Shown here piece by piece: positions 7,930-17,212 of a stretch of DNA of 48,066 bases. Numbering within the stretch: the stretch's first letter is position 1; every line of letters starts with the position of its first letter. Source of the DNA: a virus (lineage: Duplodnaviria > Caudoviricetes); the IMG/VR virus record IMGVR_UViG_3300022602_004116, positions 1-48,066 of that record; one strand, 5' to 3'. Made by a program: the position numbers and the translations under genes. The notes under the pieces were generated by a model. It made no database searches. It was not told where the DNA came from and saw only the letters and a list, made by a program, of their open reading frames with translations.

Positions 7930-9063
7930 TTAATAGCGTTGATCGGCTACAAGATCAGCAAACCCTGGCATAGGGCCAACAAGATAGTAGTGACTGGTAA
8001 ATCTTTTTGTACCCAAGATAAGGCCATTTTTATTATCATTGTGCCTGTTAATAAATTTTTCGTCTATTGAATCAAAATATTGATTCATAGCCCACTGCCA
8101 GGATTGATAATATCTTGGATTATATTCATATATCCAAGAATCTGATTTTCGTACAATAGATCCCAGTGGTTTACCTGTTTGAAATGTATCTTTGTTATAG
8201 CGAGGATAACAAACTGATTGATACGTTTTTGTTGCTTCTCTGCCAGTCAGTAGTGCAAAATTGGGGTTTGTCTGTACATAATCTCTAAGATAGTGTGCTT
8301 GCAGAATTGGAATGGTTGGAAAATCCGGAGTCCAATAAAACATTTCTCTACCATACTCGGTATAGTCTGACCCAGGCAAGCATTGAATAAAATAAGCGTA
8401 GAATTGACCATTTTTAATTGTAAACCTTATTTTATCGCACCCATATACCAGTGCTACCTTCTTGCCTTGTTTATGTGCTTCTGCCTGACTGTCAGATGGT
8501 CGTATGTTTTTATCAAACGTACTCATGTTTGCATAATAATCTGACGAACGCAGGTCAACTTCTACAAAGTCTTTTTCAAATGCATCAGAAAAATCTGCAA
8601 CTACTATTTTTGTTTGGGGGAAATTTTTACGTACATAATCCAGCACAGGAACCACAGCATAGTCGAACTCACTGATAATATTTCCTTCGCTTTTATCAAT
8701 ATTGTTGATAGTTCTGTATTTGCGTTCAGCTGAAGGCCACCGTGTATACAGTTCATCTAAATGTATACCGTTGGATAAGAAACTATCCAATACTGTCCAA
8801 CTATCACTGCCTCCGCTAAAATGCAATGCTACATAATCATATTTGTCGCGAATTTGTTGAGCACGTTCTTTGTATAGTTGTTCCAGTGTTCCTACAGGTC
8901 TTTTGGTCCAACTGAATTTTGAATACACTTCTTCGAAGAAATTCCACTTGACTGATTGATTGGTGGTTGACGCATAATACAACGCTTCAAGTTGGTTTGT
9001 AAATAGTTGTGTACCAACTTGGTAAAATCCTGTGGTACTGGATTTTATTGATAGCTCGTTGAT
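7930..9063 (-). CDS. PP-loop (adenine nucleotide alpha-hydrolase-like) protein; probable non-canonical ATC start
   Basis: FSGGSDS PP-loop. The frame is open upstream of the TTG at 8982 (GFYQVGTQLFTNQLEAL), with AAGGA 8 nt before an in-frame ATC at 9063. Confidence 0.65.
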   Translation of the reverse strand: MNELSIKSSTTGFYQVGTQLFTNQLEALYYASTTNQSVKWNFFEEVYSKFSWTKRPVGTLEQLYKERAQQIRDKYDYVALHFSGGSDSWTVLDSFLSNGIHLDELYTRWPSAERKYRTINNIDKSEGNIISEFDYAVVPVLDYVRKNFPQTKIVVADFSDAFEKDFVEVDLRSSDYYANMSTFDKNIRPSDSQAEAHKQGKKVALVYGCDKIRFTIKNGQFYAYFIQCLPGSDYTEYGREMFYWTPDFPTIPILQAHYLRDYVQTNPNFALLTGREATKTYQSVCYPRYNKDTFQTGKPLGSIVRKSDSWIYEYNPRYYQSWQWAMNQYFDSIDEKFINRHNDNKNGLILGTKRFTSHYYLVGPMPGFADLVADQRY

Positions 9064-9064
9064 T

Positions 9065-9490
9065 TTAGTTTTCCTTAATTACCAAATAATGTTGCTCATC
9101 TGTAGTTAATTTACCAATCTCTGTAAATTCAAATTTCTTCATTCGATCCCAAGAATCCTTGTTAGCAGACCAAATATATTTTATACCTAAATTTTTGATC
9201 AATTCCAATCGCATACGTGTCATGGTATTGCCAATGTCTTGTCCACGATAGGCCGGAGCAACCGAATTGAATCCAATAAAATATGAACTTTTGTAAAAAT
9301 ATAGCGGACCATATCCGCTACAGGCCACAACCTGATTGCCATCTGTGACTACTAAAAATTTTATTGCACCAGCTTCCCATCCGGCTATCGCATCTTTGGC
9401 TCTTTGTGAGCCCAGGCATTGGCCAATTAAATTTTCCACAGCTTGTTTATATTGAAAGTCTTGATCAACCCAAATATAATTAAATGTCAT
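9065..9490 (-). CDS. GNAT-family acetyltransferase
   Basis: Motif A VAPAYRGQDIG. The ATG at 9490 overlaps the upstream stop (ATGA). Confidence 0.75.
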   Translation of the reverse strand: MTFNYIWVDQDFQYKQAVENLIGQCLGSQRAKDAIAGWEAGAIKFLVVTDGNQVVACSGYGPLYFYKSSYFIGFNSVAPAYRGQDIGNTMTRMRLELIKNLGIKYIWSANKDSWDRMKKFEFTEIGKLTTDEQHYLVIKEN

Positions 9491-10017
9491 GGTTTCGCTA
9501 ATTTTAAACTGCGATATATTTCTTGAACACCTTGTGCTTGACTGATGCAATCTTCTAAAGCATTGTGCAAGCCAGCTTTGTTCTTTTTACGTGGATCTCC
9601 GTGTACACCAAATAAGGTACGGCTATCACGTATTTGCCAAAACTGCCATGGAGTAGGCCAGCCCATTTGACGATAGATATTTTCCAGGATAACAATGTCA
9701 AATGCCGGGCCTTGGCACCAGATATTACCAGCACCAACTAAAAACTTGTTCAACGATCGATACATGGTGTCTAAGCTGACACGATCACGTTCATCAAATG
9801 CTTCGTCGTACACGTCGGCACTTTGGCTGGCCCACCATCGAAGTGTGTCCTCTTGTACTTCACGACCCAATGCCAACTGCTCGTCGACGTCAATACGAAA
9901 GTAAAGACTATCGCCGAACCGGTCGGGAACAAACGGGTCAAATTTTACAGCACCCAAAGTTAAAATAGCACAGTCCGGGCGTGTACCAAGTGATTCTAAA
10001 TCTAACATTATATCCAT
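9487..10017 (-). CDS. DEDDh 3'-5' exo(ribo)nuclease (Rv2179c/DUF5051-like)
   Basis: Motifs DLESLG, WCQGPAFD, RDSRTL, HNALED. Confidence 0.85.
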   Translation of the reverse strand: MDIMLDLESLGTRPDCAILTLGAVKFDPFVPDRFGDSLYFRIDVDEQLALGREVQEDTLRWWASQSADVYDEAFDERDRVSLDTMYRSLNKFLVGAGNIWCQGPAFDIVILENIYRQMGWPTPWQFWQIRDSRTLFGVHGDPRKKNKAGLHNALEDCISQAQGVQEIYRSLKLAKP

Positions 10018-10023
10018 GTTAGT

Positions 10024-10052
10024 ATTATATAGGGTTATTTGGTTTTTGTCAA
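10024..10052 (-). promoter_or_regulatory. sigma70-like promoter (leaderless)
   Basis: TTGACA-N17-TATAAT with the ATG 6 nt downstream of the -10 box. Confidence 0.75.
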
Positions 10053-10514
10053 CAGTTTCATTGATTCTGCTTCAACCACACGTGTGCGCAGACCTGAACT
10101 GGAAAATGAATGATCACGACGATTGAAAATGTGTTGGATACCGCGAACATGCCCTTCTTGTTCGCCGGTAAAACCTTTGTTTTCGTATTCAACACCCAAC
10201 ACACGCACATCAACCGGAAGTATCAACAGCAGGTCTACCAGATCCTGTTCGGTTTGGTAAACCACAACTTCGTCTACATAACGGCAAGCAGCCAACTGTA
10301 TTTGACGTTCCACAATACTTTGCACCGGTTTGTTCTTGGTGTCAGGACGGTCAATGGTGGGATCAGTTTGTAAACCAGCAATTAAATAATCACAGTGGTT
10401 TTTGGCTTCGGCCAACATGGCCACGTGTCCGGCATGTAGCATATCAAATGTTGAAAAGGTAATACCAATTTTTTTGCCTTGTTCTTTAAGGCCTCGAACT
10501 TTGTTGAATATCAT
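10035..10514 (-). CDS. cytidylyltransferase (TagD-like)
   Basis: HxGH motif FDMLHAGH, CRYVDEV, RDHSFSSS. Confidence 0.85.
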   Translation of the reverse strand: MIFNKVRGLKEQGKKIGITFSTFDMLHAGHVAMLAEAKNHCDYLIAGLQTDPTIDRPDTKNKPVQSIVERQIQLAACRYVDEVVVYQTEQDLVDLLLILPVDVRVLGVEYENKGFTGEQEGHVRGIQHIFNRRDHSFSSSGLRTRVVEAESMKLLTKTK

Positions 10515-10828
10515 GAGTCTTGTTCTATTTTGACCTGTAAAGGAAATCCGTTGGTACGTGCCAACATGGTCACTTCAATGCCTTTTTGTTCGGCCAATTC
10601 GTATGGCAATACTGCTACCACTGCCGACCCTTCTTCGTGTACTTTCATGGTAATGGATTCTGCACCGCCCTGATCGTAGTGAAAGATAATTTTAAGTGTT
10701 TCAATAACAAACTCCTGTGTGGTAGTGTCATCATTGATATAGATAACACGATATTGTGGTGGCTCAGGAATATTGAGTTTGGGTTCAATACGGGGGCGCA
10801 CAATGGCCTGTGTTTTTGTTTTAGACAT
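10511..10828 (-). CDS. clpS: ATP-dependent Clp protease adaptor ClpS
   Basis: YRVIYINDDTTTQEFVIETL, VHEEGSAVV, ART.GFPL. Start uncertain (10828 or 10843). Confidence 0.9.
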   Translation of the reverse strand: MSKTKTQAIVRPRIEPKLNIPEPPQYRVIYINDDTTTQEFVIETLKIIFHYDQGGAESITMKVHEEGSAVVAVLPYELAEQKGIEVTMLARTNGFPLQVKIEQDS

Positions 10829-10844
10829 TAGTTTTTCGCTCATA

Positions 10845-10878
10845 ATAAAAATAAAGGGAAGTGCGGACTCCCCTTTAT
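10845..10878 (-). terminator. intrinsic terminator-like hairpin after hsp20
   Basis: ATAAAGGGGAGT-CCGC-ACTTCCCTTTAT followed by a T-run on the minus strand. Confidence 0.6.
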
Positions 10879-10894
10879 TATACACACAAAATAT

Positions 10895-11350
10895 TTATTT
10901 TGCAAATGTAATGGCAATCTTTTTAGGCTTGTTTTCCTCAGGAACAATCTGTTCCAAAGCAATAGCTAAAATACCATTTTTAACAGTGGCACCTTTGACT
11001 TCGATGTGCTCGGCCAACGGGAAAGTGCGTACAAAGTTGCGTGTACTGATGCCTTTGTGCAAGTACTCAACTTCACTTTCTTTCTTGGCTTGTTCACCGC
11101 GCACGGTCAGGACGTTTTCTTTTAGTTCAACGTCAATTTCGTCTTCGGCAAAACCAGCAACGGCCACCTCGATGATGTAATGAGTATCATCCAGTTTGAC
11201 TACATTGTGTGGTGGATAGTTGCCATCGGTACGACTGTTGGCAAATGTGCGATTTAGTTCTTCAAACATGCGATCAAACCCAATGGTTTGACGATGTATT
11301 TGATTAACGAATGCAGGTAAATCGAGTGTGCGAATTTCAAGATTTGTCAT
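10895..11350 (-). CDS. small heat shock protein Hsp20 (IbpA-like)
   Basis: GFDRMF, NYPPHNV, AVAGF, YLHKGISTRNF, NGIL. Confidence 0.93.
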   Translation of the reverse strand: MTNLEIRTLDLPAFVNQIHRQTIGFDRMFEELNRTFANSRTDGNYPPHNVVKLDDTHYIIEVAVAGFAEDEIDVELKENVLTVRGEQAKKESEVEYLHKGISTRNFVRTFPLAEHIEVKGATVKNGILAIALEQIVPEENKPKKIAITFAK

Positions 11351-11414
11351 AATTTTTCTCCTTTATTAAGCAAGTATGACTATGTGTGTAGCCCGACTAT
11401 CGGCACTACACATA
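11351..11414 (-). promoter_or_regulatory. ROSE-like RNA thermometer leader of hsp20
   Basis: 5' hairpin TGTGTAG..CTACACA, then CTTGCT (the U(U/C)GCU motif) 5 nt before AAGGAG. Confidence 0.6.
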
Positions 11415-11445
11415 TATTTATACACGAAATTTACAGAATTGTCAA
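11415..11445 (-). promoter_or_regulatory. composite sigma70/T4-late promoter of hsp20
   Basis: TTGACA-N17-TATAAATA. Confidence 0.75.
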
Positions 11446-11448
11446 CAA

Positions 11449-11640
11449 TTAACCAAACTGTGTTTCGTCAATTGGTTCCGGTGGAGTGTTGTTGTCTATC
11501 AACGCTACCAGTGTTTTGTACTGTTGCCAAGCTGACATCAATGCTGGGTTTGATTCTCGCAACTCTTTTTCTCGCAAGTATTCCAGCAGGATATTGTGCC
11601 GGTCAATAGCCGACAAGGTATACAGGTCCAACATTTTCAT
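11449..11640 (-). CDS. hypothetical protein
   Basis: Likely start MKMLDLY just after the bS21 stop. Confidence 0.55.
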   Translation of the reverse strand: MKMLDLYTLSAIDRHNILLEYLREKELRESNPALMSAWQQYKTLVALIDNNTPPEPIDETQFG

Positions 11641-11642
11641 TT

Positions 11643-11894
11643 TTAATACAGTTTTTTGGGCAACTGCTGACTGCGTAGTTGTTTTTGCCAACGATTCTTG
11701 GCTGCTGCCTTGGCTTTCTTACGTGCTGTGGTGGGTTTTTCGTAGGTTTCGCGTTCTTTTAGTTCACGAAGCAGGCCTGATTCCAGCACTTTCTTCTTGA
11801 ATTTACGCATAGCCTTTTCTACGTTGCCGTCGGGACCGACAGTAACTGAATTGCCTCTGCACACAACACCGGTGCCTTTTTGATAATATGCCAT
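11643..11894 (-). CDS. rpsU: ribosomal protein bS21
   Basis: [48 protein letters not shown] lies 5 nt upstream of the ATG. Confidence 0.92.
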   Translation of the reverse strand: MAYYQKGTGVVCRGNSVTVGPDGNVEKAMRKFKKKVLESGLLRELKERETYEKPTTARKKAKAAAKNRWQKQLRSQQLPKKLY

Positions 11895-11929
11895 AAGTTT
11901 ATTTAGTTGAATTATATTGGGTTATAAAA

Positions 11930-13438
11930 TTAACTGTTCTTTTCCAAAAATTGTCGAATTTGTTCACGTTCTACATCTGTTAATATGTCAGGATCATAAC
12001 GACCTGCATCAATTTCGTCTACCAAGTGTTTGATATACTCATCTTCATAAGCATACACGTCTGTTTGACTTTTGTCAACCTCTATCCACTTTTTATCGTT
12101 GAATTTGAACAAACGATTTGGCAAGTAGTCTACTCTTAAAAACACATCGCCTTTTTGTGGATTGGCCGGAAACTCGCTACCAAATCCTGAACTGGCCGGT
12201 CTTCCCAACTCAACGCTGTTGTCGGCTTCCACAGCCAAGTGAGTGTGCATAACGCCGCGATTGCGTCCGGGCGCAGCTTCTAACCTTGCCGGACGAGATT
12301 CTGGTTGTTGTTTGGCCGGTTCAAACTCCATGGGTGGTTCCGGTACTACAACAGGCAACTCTTCTGATTCATTCTCGGCAGATTCTTCTATAACTGTTTC
12401 TACTCGGGGTTGACCAAAAACACTTGACATCGGAAATCCAAATCCCGACCAACTAGGCTTTGTTTCCGCCACCGATTCGGGCTCCGCGGATTCTTCAACC
12501 GGTAATTCTTCAGCTGATTCGGCCAAGTCAGCCAACATAGTGTTGATCTGATCAATTTGATCTTCAGTCATTTCACCATCCACAGCAACATACTCAGGTT
12601 CCACACTCTCAGATTCTGGTGTGGTCTCCACTTCCTCAAGAACAGGATCGGGGGCAATATCTTCGTCCTGTGTACGTTTTTGTTCTCTGGACCAAGCAAA
12701 GGTCATTTGACTGGCCAACAGCATGATAACAGCAAGTGGATCAAATACTACGACAATCATGATAATGATCCAGGTCACTGCACGTTCCAACATTGATGCA
12801 TCAGGTGCAGTACCGTAGATAAATGCCGCGATATATTTGATAGGTCCTACTTCGGCTTCGACCTTGCGATTTTCGGCACGGATGGGAGCAGCCTCATCGT
12901 TGAGTTGGCTAATGATACGTTGATTTGTTTCAATGTCTCGAGCCAAGGCCGCACGATCACGCTTTTGGCTGTTGCGAATAGCATTAGCCTTGTCAGCACC
13001 CGTTTCACTTGTGCTTCGAGCCAAGACCTGATCCACTGCGGCATCCATCTGTGTGAGTTGTTTGCGGTCAGCTTCGATATTGCCACGTGCTGTAGCAATC
13101 TTTTCATCAAAGATAGCCAGTTTAGCACCCACATCACCCGACACTAAATTTTGATCATTGTGTGCTTTAGATAGGAAACCAAAGATACCCATACTTGTGA
13201 TCAGCATCAATACCGTAACGGCTGTGACCATGTAGGTCTTCATTAAACGTGGTACACGGCTCCAGTACTGCTTGATCCAGGTAGCGCAGACCAGTTTGGC
13301 CACTTCCAGGCTCACACCCATGATCATGATCGGAACAGCTGCGGCAGAAAATATGGCTGTTAAGCCAACCACTGAGTAGTAGATCGCAACAGAACTTATA
13401 GTTAAACCGGTTAGGAGTAATAGGTATGCAAGTATCAT
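11930..13438 (-). CDS. membrane protein with coiled coil and acidic linker
   Basis: Three N-terminal TM helices, a coiled coil, EVGPIKYIA plus TM (VFDPLAV), an acidic low-complexity region and a C-terminal GDVFLRVDYLPNRLFKF domain. Confidence 0.7.
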   Translation of the reverse strand: MILAYLLLLTGLTISSVAIYYSVVGLTAIFSAAAVPIMIMGVSLEVAKLVCATWIKQYWSRVPRLMKTYMVTAVTVLMLITSMGIFGFLSKAHNDQNLVSGDVGAKLAIFDEKIATARGNIEADRKQLTQMDAAVDQVLARSTSETGADKANAIRNSQKRDRAALARDIETNQRIISQLNDEAAPIRAENRKVEAEVGPIKYIAAFIYGTAPDASMLERAVTWIIIMIVVVFDPLAVIMLLASQMTFAWSREQKRTQDEDIAPDPVLEEVETTPESESVEPEYVAVDGEMTEDQIDQINTMLADLAESAEELPVEESAEPESVAETKPSWSGFGFPMSSVFGQPRVETVIEESAENESEELPVVVPEPPMEFEPAKQQPESRPARLEAAPGRNRGVMHTHLAVEADNSVELGRPASSGFGSEFPANPQKGDVFLRVDYLPNRLFKFNDKKWIEVDKSQTDVYAYEDEYIKHLVDEIDAGRYDPDILTDVEREQIRQFLEKNS

Positions 13439-13444
13439 AGTCAG

Positions 13445-13497
13445 TATTTATTGAGATTTTACTCAACAAGTATACTATGATTTTTGGTTAATGTCAA
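13445..13497 (-). promoter_or_regulatory. tandem sigma70-like and late promoters
   Basis: TTGACA-N17-TATACT (13497-13469) and TAAATA (13450-13445), the latter 6 nt before the ATG. Confidence 0.65.
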
Positions 13498-13506
13498 TGA
13501 TTTTGG

Positions 13507-16452
13507 TTAGGTGTACTGTACAGCACAGTAGGTATTACCAGCAGTACCGTCTACCGAAGTGTAAACCAATTTGACCAAGGTCTGTGCAGTTGCCGCTGGT
13601 GCATTACCACCACCACCAATATTGATTTTGCCAGCCAGGTTGATGTTGTTGCTGGCACTTACGCCAGTTACTATGTTGTGCTGTGCGGCAAAATTGATCA
13701 GGACGGTAACACTGGATCCTGATAGCAAGGTACCATATTGCATAGTAACTGTGCCAGCAGGTTGATAAACATGTATGATCTTGTCGGTGTTGAAGTTTAT
13801 GGTAACAGTAGGAGTTCCACCTACTATGCTTCTGATACCACCAGAACCAGTGATCACAGTATTGGCAGTCAAGGTATTGATTATGGTGGCATTGCCGGCC
13901 TGTAAGTTACCGGTATATGTGGGCAAGTAGGCCGCAACGTTGGCGTTGGTATACACTTGAGTTTGTAGTGTGGCAATGGCCGCATTGGCCGCTGTCACGT
14001 TGCTGTTGATTGCGTTGATCTGTGTTTGTTGTGTGCCTGCGTTGGCAGTCCATGCAGTAGAGACAGCATCCACATACCCCTTCATTGCAGTATTGGCAGT
14101 AACTATTGCGGCATTGGCACCAGCCACATTTGCTGCCATGGCCGAATTCAATGTGTTGACATAACTTACTACTGCTGAGTTGGCAGTGACTATTGCCGCA
14201 TTGGCCCCAGTAATTTGATTTTGTAAACCAGCAACATTGGCATTGGCAAATAACTCGTAAGCACCTACATTGGCCGTGATAGTTTGCAATGAGTTGTTGA
14301 TGTTGGTAAACTGTCCGGTTGCGGCCGAGATAGTTCCGGTGCCAGCCGAAACGTTGCCAGCTGTGACATTGCCAGTGACACCCAAACTGGTCAAGGTACC
14401 AACCTGTGTGATGGCAGATTGTATGGCATTGGTCACTGTGCCGGCTGTACCTGCTGTAGTCGCGGTTCCGTTCAAGGTGGCTGTTATGGTATTGGCATTG
14501 AAATTGCCCAACGCATCGCGACTCACAATGGTACTGGCTGTATTGGCGCTGGTAGCATCTACACTTATAGTGATAGCACCGGTGGGTTGGTTTACTGATA
14601 GGTGTGTGCTGGCTGTCAGGCTGGTAAACAGGCCTGTGGGTGGAACATAGCTCCAAACTGAACCGTTGTAGATAACAAAACCACCTTGAACATAGGTTTG
14701 ATTACCGCCGCCCAGATTCTGTGTACCTGTAACTCCGATTGAGTATTCGTAGCCGGTAGTACCTGAACCATTGGCCAGACTTGGTGTGTTGGTACTGGCG
14801 TCCCAGGAGCCTTGATAAACAACACCACCCAAGAGACTGGGTGGAATCTGTGCGGCTGTCAGGTATCCGTTTGAGTCCAGGGTGGCAACACCCAGGCCAG
14901 ACCCTTTTTGTGTTAAGGGAATACCAGCTGTGGTCTGTACAGAATTGTCAGTGGTAAAGGTAAATGAATTGCCAAAGAATCCCTGATAGTTGATGCTACC
15001 TGAATTTACTGTTGTGGTTGTGCCGGGCTGTGTGGTCCAGAAGTGTATGTCCGAACCCTTGGCTGAGTTGGTGTAGTTTTCAGTGGCACGGAAGTCAATA
15101 CGACTGCCGCCCTGTGTGCCAAAACTGGTGTCGAATCCGGTAGCACCGTAGCCGGTGCCTGATAAGCGGAACAAGATATCGCCGGCTTGGCTGGCTGATG
15201 GTGCCTGAATGCTACCGCGGGCATTGCGTCCTTGTATGCCGGGCAAGATAGCACCAGATCCGCCAAAGGAATCTACCAGCATCACGCTGTCATAACCGGG
15301 CACATTGATCGAGTGGAATAGGGTATTGGGATATTCAGTTGGAACTATATTACTTAAACTACCGTTGATTAGGAGTGCGGCTTCGGTGTTTAAGTTTTGT
15401 GTACGGATTTGTACAGTACGACCAATCACCAAGTTGCCAGTGTCGCTGGTGTTGCCAATTTGTATGTCTGTGCTGGGTGTTATGGATGTTAGAGTGGTGT
15501 TCAGGATAACCAAATTGCCCACGGCCAAGTTTTGTACACCGTTGATATATAAGGTTCCGTTGTTAACGCCCAACTGCACTTCGGCATTGGTGACCGAATC
15601 GGCCAGCCACAGGCCACCTTGACCGGCATAGACATTTTTCCAACGAAGAGTAGCAGTACCTAAATTGTAGGCCTGATCTGAAATGGGTACCACGTTGGCG
15701 GCATTGCTGATACCAGTGGATGCAATGGTCATACTGGGTACAGAAGTAGCAGAACCCAAGGGTGTGGTATAAAATTGTACGCTGGTACCCAGCGTGGTAG
15801 CTGTTTGATCTTCCAGGGCCACAAAGTCCATGCGGGCTGTGGAGATTGGGGGCCAACCAGTGTTGCTGTAGGGTGTGGCACCGTACCGAGCAACAATATT
15901 GCCGCTTAGTACTTGTGTGGGTGCGTCAGCTGTGCCATTGTAACGACGACCAATGAATGCGGCATAGGTGTTGACCGAGTCATTGTAGATACGAGCCGGC
16001 AGGCTGTCCTGTCCGGTCAGGTGCAACAACACACCGGTATTTTGCGGAGCAACTATCGCTCCATCAGCCGATCCAATAATATCAATGGCGCTGTCATAAC
16101 TGATGTTGGGCACATAAAAGTTTAGTGTACCATTTTGTAGTGTTTCAATAATGGTACGACCTGATGTGGTCAATGCGTTGAATGCACCAAGAATGTTTAC
16201 GTTACCTGTGCCGTTGGTATCAAGATTTAGATCTTCATTGGTGTTGGATGTGCTGATTGTGGCACCAGTAATCACAAGGTCACCAATGTTGGCATTGGTC
16301 ACTGCTACCGCGGCAGCTTGTCCGCCTGGTGTAACTCCGTCGCTGATACGGAATCCTTTGACGGAATCGTACCAGATACGACCTTTTTCGCCCACGTAGG
16401 CATTGGTGTTTCCGGCTTTGCTTAAACTTGTGAATAGTTTTTGGATTGCCAT
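13507..16452 (-). CDS. tail fibre-like structural protein
   Basis: N-terminal YVGEKGRIWYD..RISDGVTPGG, G/T/N-rich beta repeats, GVVYQGSWDASTNTP, and ANAAI coiled-coil repeats. Confidence 0.7.
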   Translation of the reverse strand: MAIQKLFTSLSKAGNTNAYVGEKGRIWYDSVKGFRISDGVTPGGQAAAVAVTNANIGDLVITGATISTSNTNEDLNLDTNGTGNVNILGAFNALTTSGRTIIETLQNGTLNFYVPNISYDSAIDIIGSADGAIVAPQNTGVLLHLTGQDSLPARIYNDSVNTYAAFIGRRYNGTADAPTQVLSGNIVARYGATPYSNTGWPPISTARMDFVALEDQTATTLGTSVQFYTTPLGSATSVPSMTIASTGISNAANVVPISDQAYNLGTATLRWKNVYAGQGGLWLADSVTNAEVQLGVNNGTLYINGVQNLAVGNLVILNTTLTSITPSTDIQIGNTSDTGNLVIGRTVQIRTQNLNTEAALLINGSLSNIVPTEYPNTLFHSINVPGYDSVMLVDSFGGSGAILPGIQGRNARGSIQAPSASQAGDILFRLSGTGYGATGFDTSFGTQGGSRIDFRATENYTNSAKGSDIHFWTTQPGTTTTVNSGSINYQGFFGNSFTFTTDNSVQTTAGIPLTQKGSGLGVATLDSNGYLTAAQIPPSLLGGVVYQGSWDASTNTPSLANGSGTTGYEYSIGVTGTQNLGGGNQTYVQGGFVIYNGSVWSYVPPTGLFTSLTASTHLSVNQPTGAITISVDATSANTASTIVSRDALGNFNANTITATLNGTATTAGTAGTVTNAIQSAITQVGTLTSLGVTGNVTAGNVSAGTGTISAATGQFTNINNSLQTITANVGAYELFANANVAGLQNQITGANAAIVTANSAVVSYVNTLNSAMAANVAGANAAIVTANTAMKGYVDAVSTAWTANAGTQQTQINAINSNVTAANAAIATLQTQVYTNANVAAYLPTYTGNLQAGNATIINTLTANTVITGSGGIRSIVGGTPTVTINFNTDKIIHVYQPAGTVTMQYGTLLSGSSVTVLINFAAQHNIVTGVSASNNINLAGKINIGGGGNAPAATAQTLVKLVYTSVDGTAGNTYCAVQYT

Positions 16453-16459
16453 CTAAGAC

Positions 16460-16855
16460 TTACCCTTCAAAAGGTTCGTCTTCGTCAGCTATAGCGATAA
16501 TGGCTGGAGCAATTCCTGCGTTTTGACGCATGATTGCAAGTTCGTCCGGCTCACACTCACATGGTTCGCAACCACACTCAGGGCAACAGGCTTCCGTGCT
16601 GTCGATAGCTGTGTCAGTTGCTGGAACTTCAATGCCGGCCATTTTCTTCATTAGGTCTAATTTTTGTTGCAGTGGAGCAACCATGGAACGGGTATTGACC
16701 TGTGCCGCACCTTCAATACCGTTGGTATCTGTGGGTGTGTCTACTTCGATATCCACTATTGCTGGACGATTGGTAACTTCAGTTGAACTGCTTTGATTGG
16801 TTTCTTTTGCATCAATTACATCTGCTAATTTGCGTAAAATTTCACTGGCTCTCAT
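16460..16855 (-). CDS. hypothetical acidic virion/internal protein with Cys cluster
   Basis: MRASEIL N-terminus, PLQQKLDLMKK, CCPECGCEPCEC. Confidence 0.6.
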   Translation of the reverse strand: MRASEILRKLADVIDAKETNQSSSTEVTNRPAIVDIEVDTPTDTNGIEGAAQVNTRSMVAPLQQKLDLMKKMAGIEVPATDTAIDSTEACCPECGCEPCECEPDELAIMRQNAGIAPAIIAIADEDEPFEG

Positions 16856-16867
16856 ATTGTTCTCTCA

Positions 16868-17179
16868 TTAACCATTGGTATAAACATTACCACCGGTGGT
16901 TGGGCCAGCTACCCCGCTGGGTGCTACCACGCCAACCTGTGTGACTGTGATTGCGGCTGTGCCGGCAATGGGCAGTAAACTTAAAGTATTACCAATGCCC
17001 TGCATGTTGACGCCAGTTCTATAACCCGCTGGGATCATTGCGTTCACATTGCTGGTGGTTGTTGCTGTACCGTTGATGTTGGCGTAGCAGGCCACGTTGG
17101 ACACAACTATAACTTTGGTACTTGTGATTGCGGGAGTAGTTATAGCTGCAGCAGATACATAGGTGTAAGATATTGCCAT
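16868..17179 (-). CDS. small structural protein
   Basis: A/T/V/N-rich; TAAATA (17204-17209) and AGGA upstream. Confidence 0.6.
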   Translation of the reverse strand: MAISYTYVSAAAITTPAITSTKVIVVSNVACYANINGTATTTSNVNAMIPAGYRTGVNMQGIGNTLSLLPIAGTAAITVTQVGVVAPSGVAGPTTGGNVYTNG

Positions 17180-17212
17180 ATTAAATTCCTTGGATATTAC
17201 AGTTATTTATCG

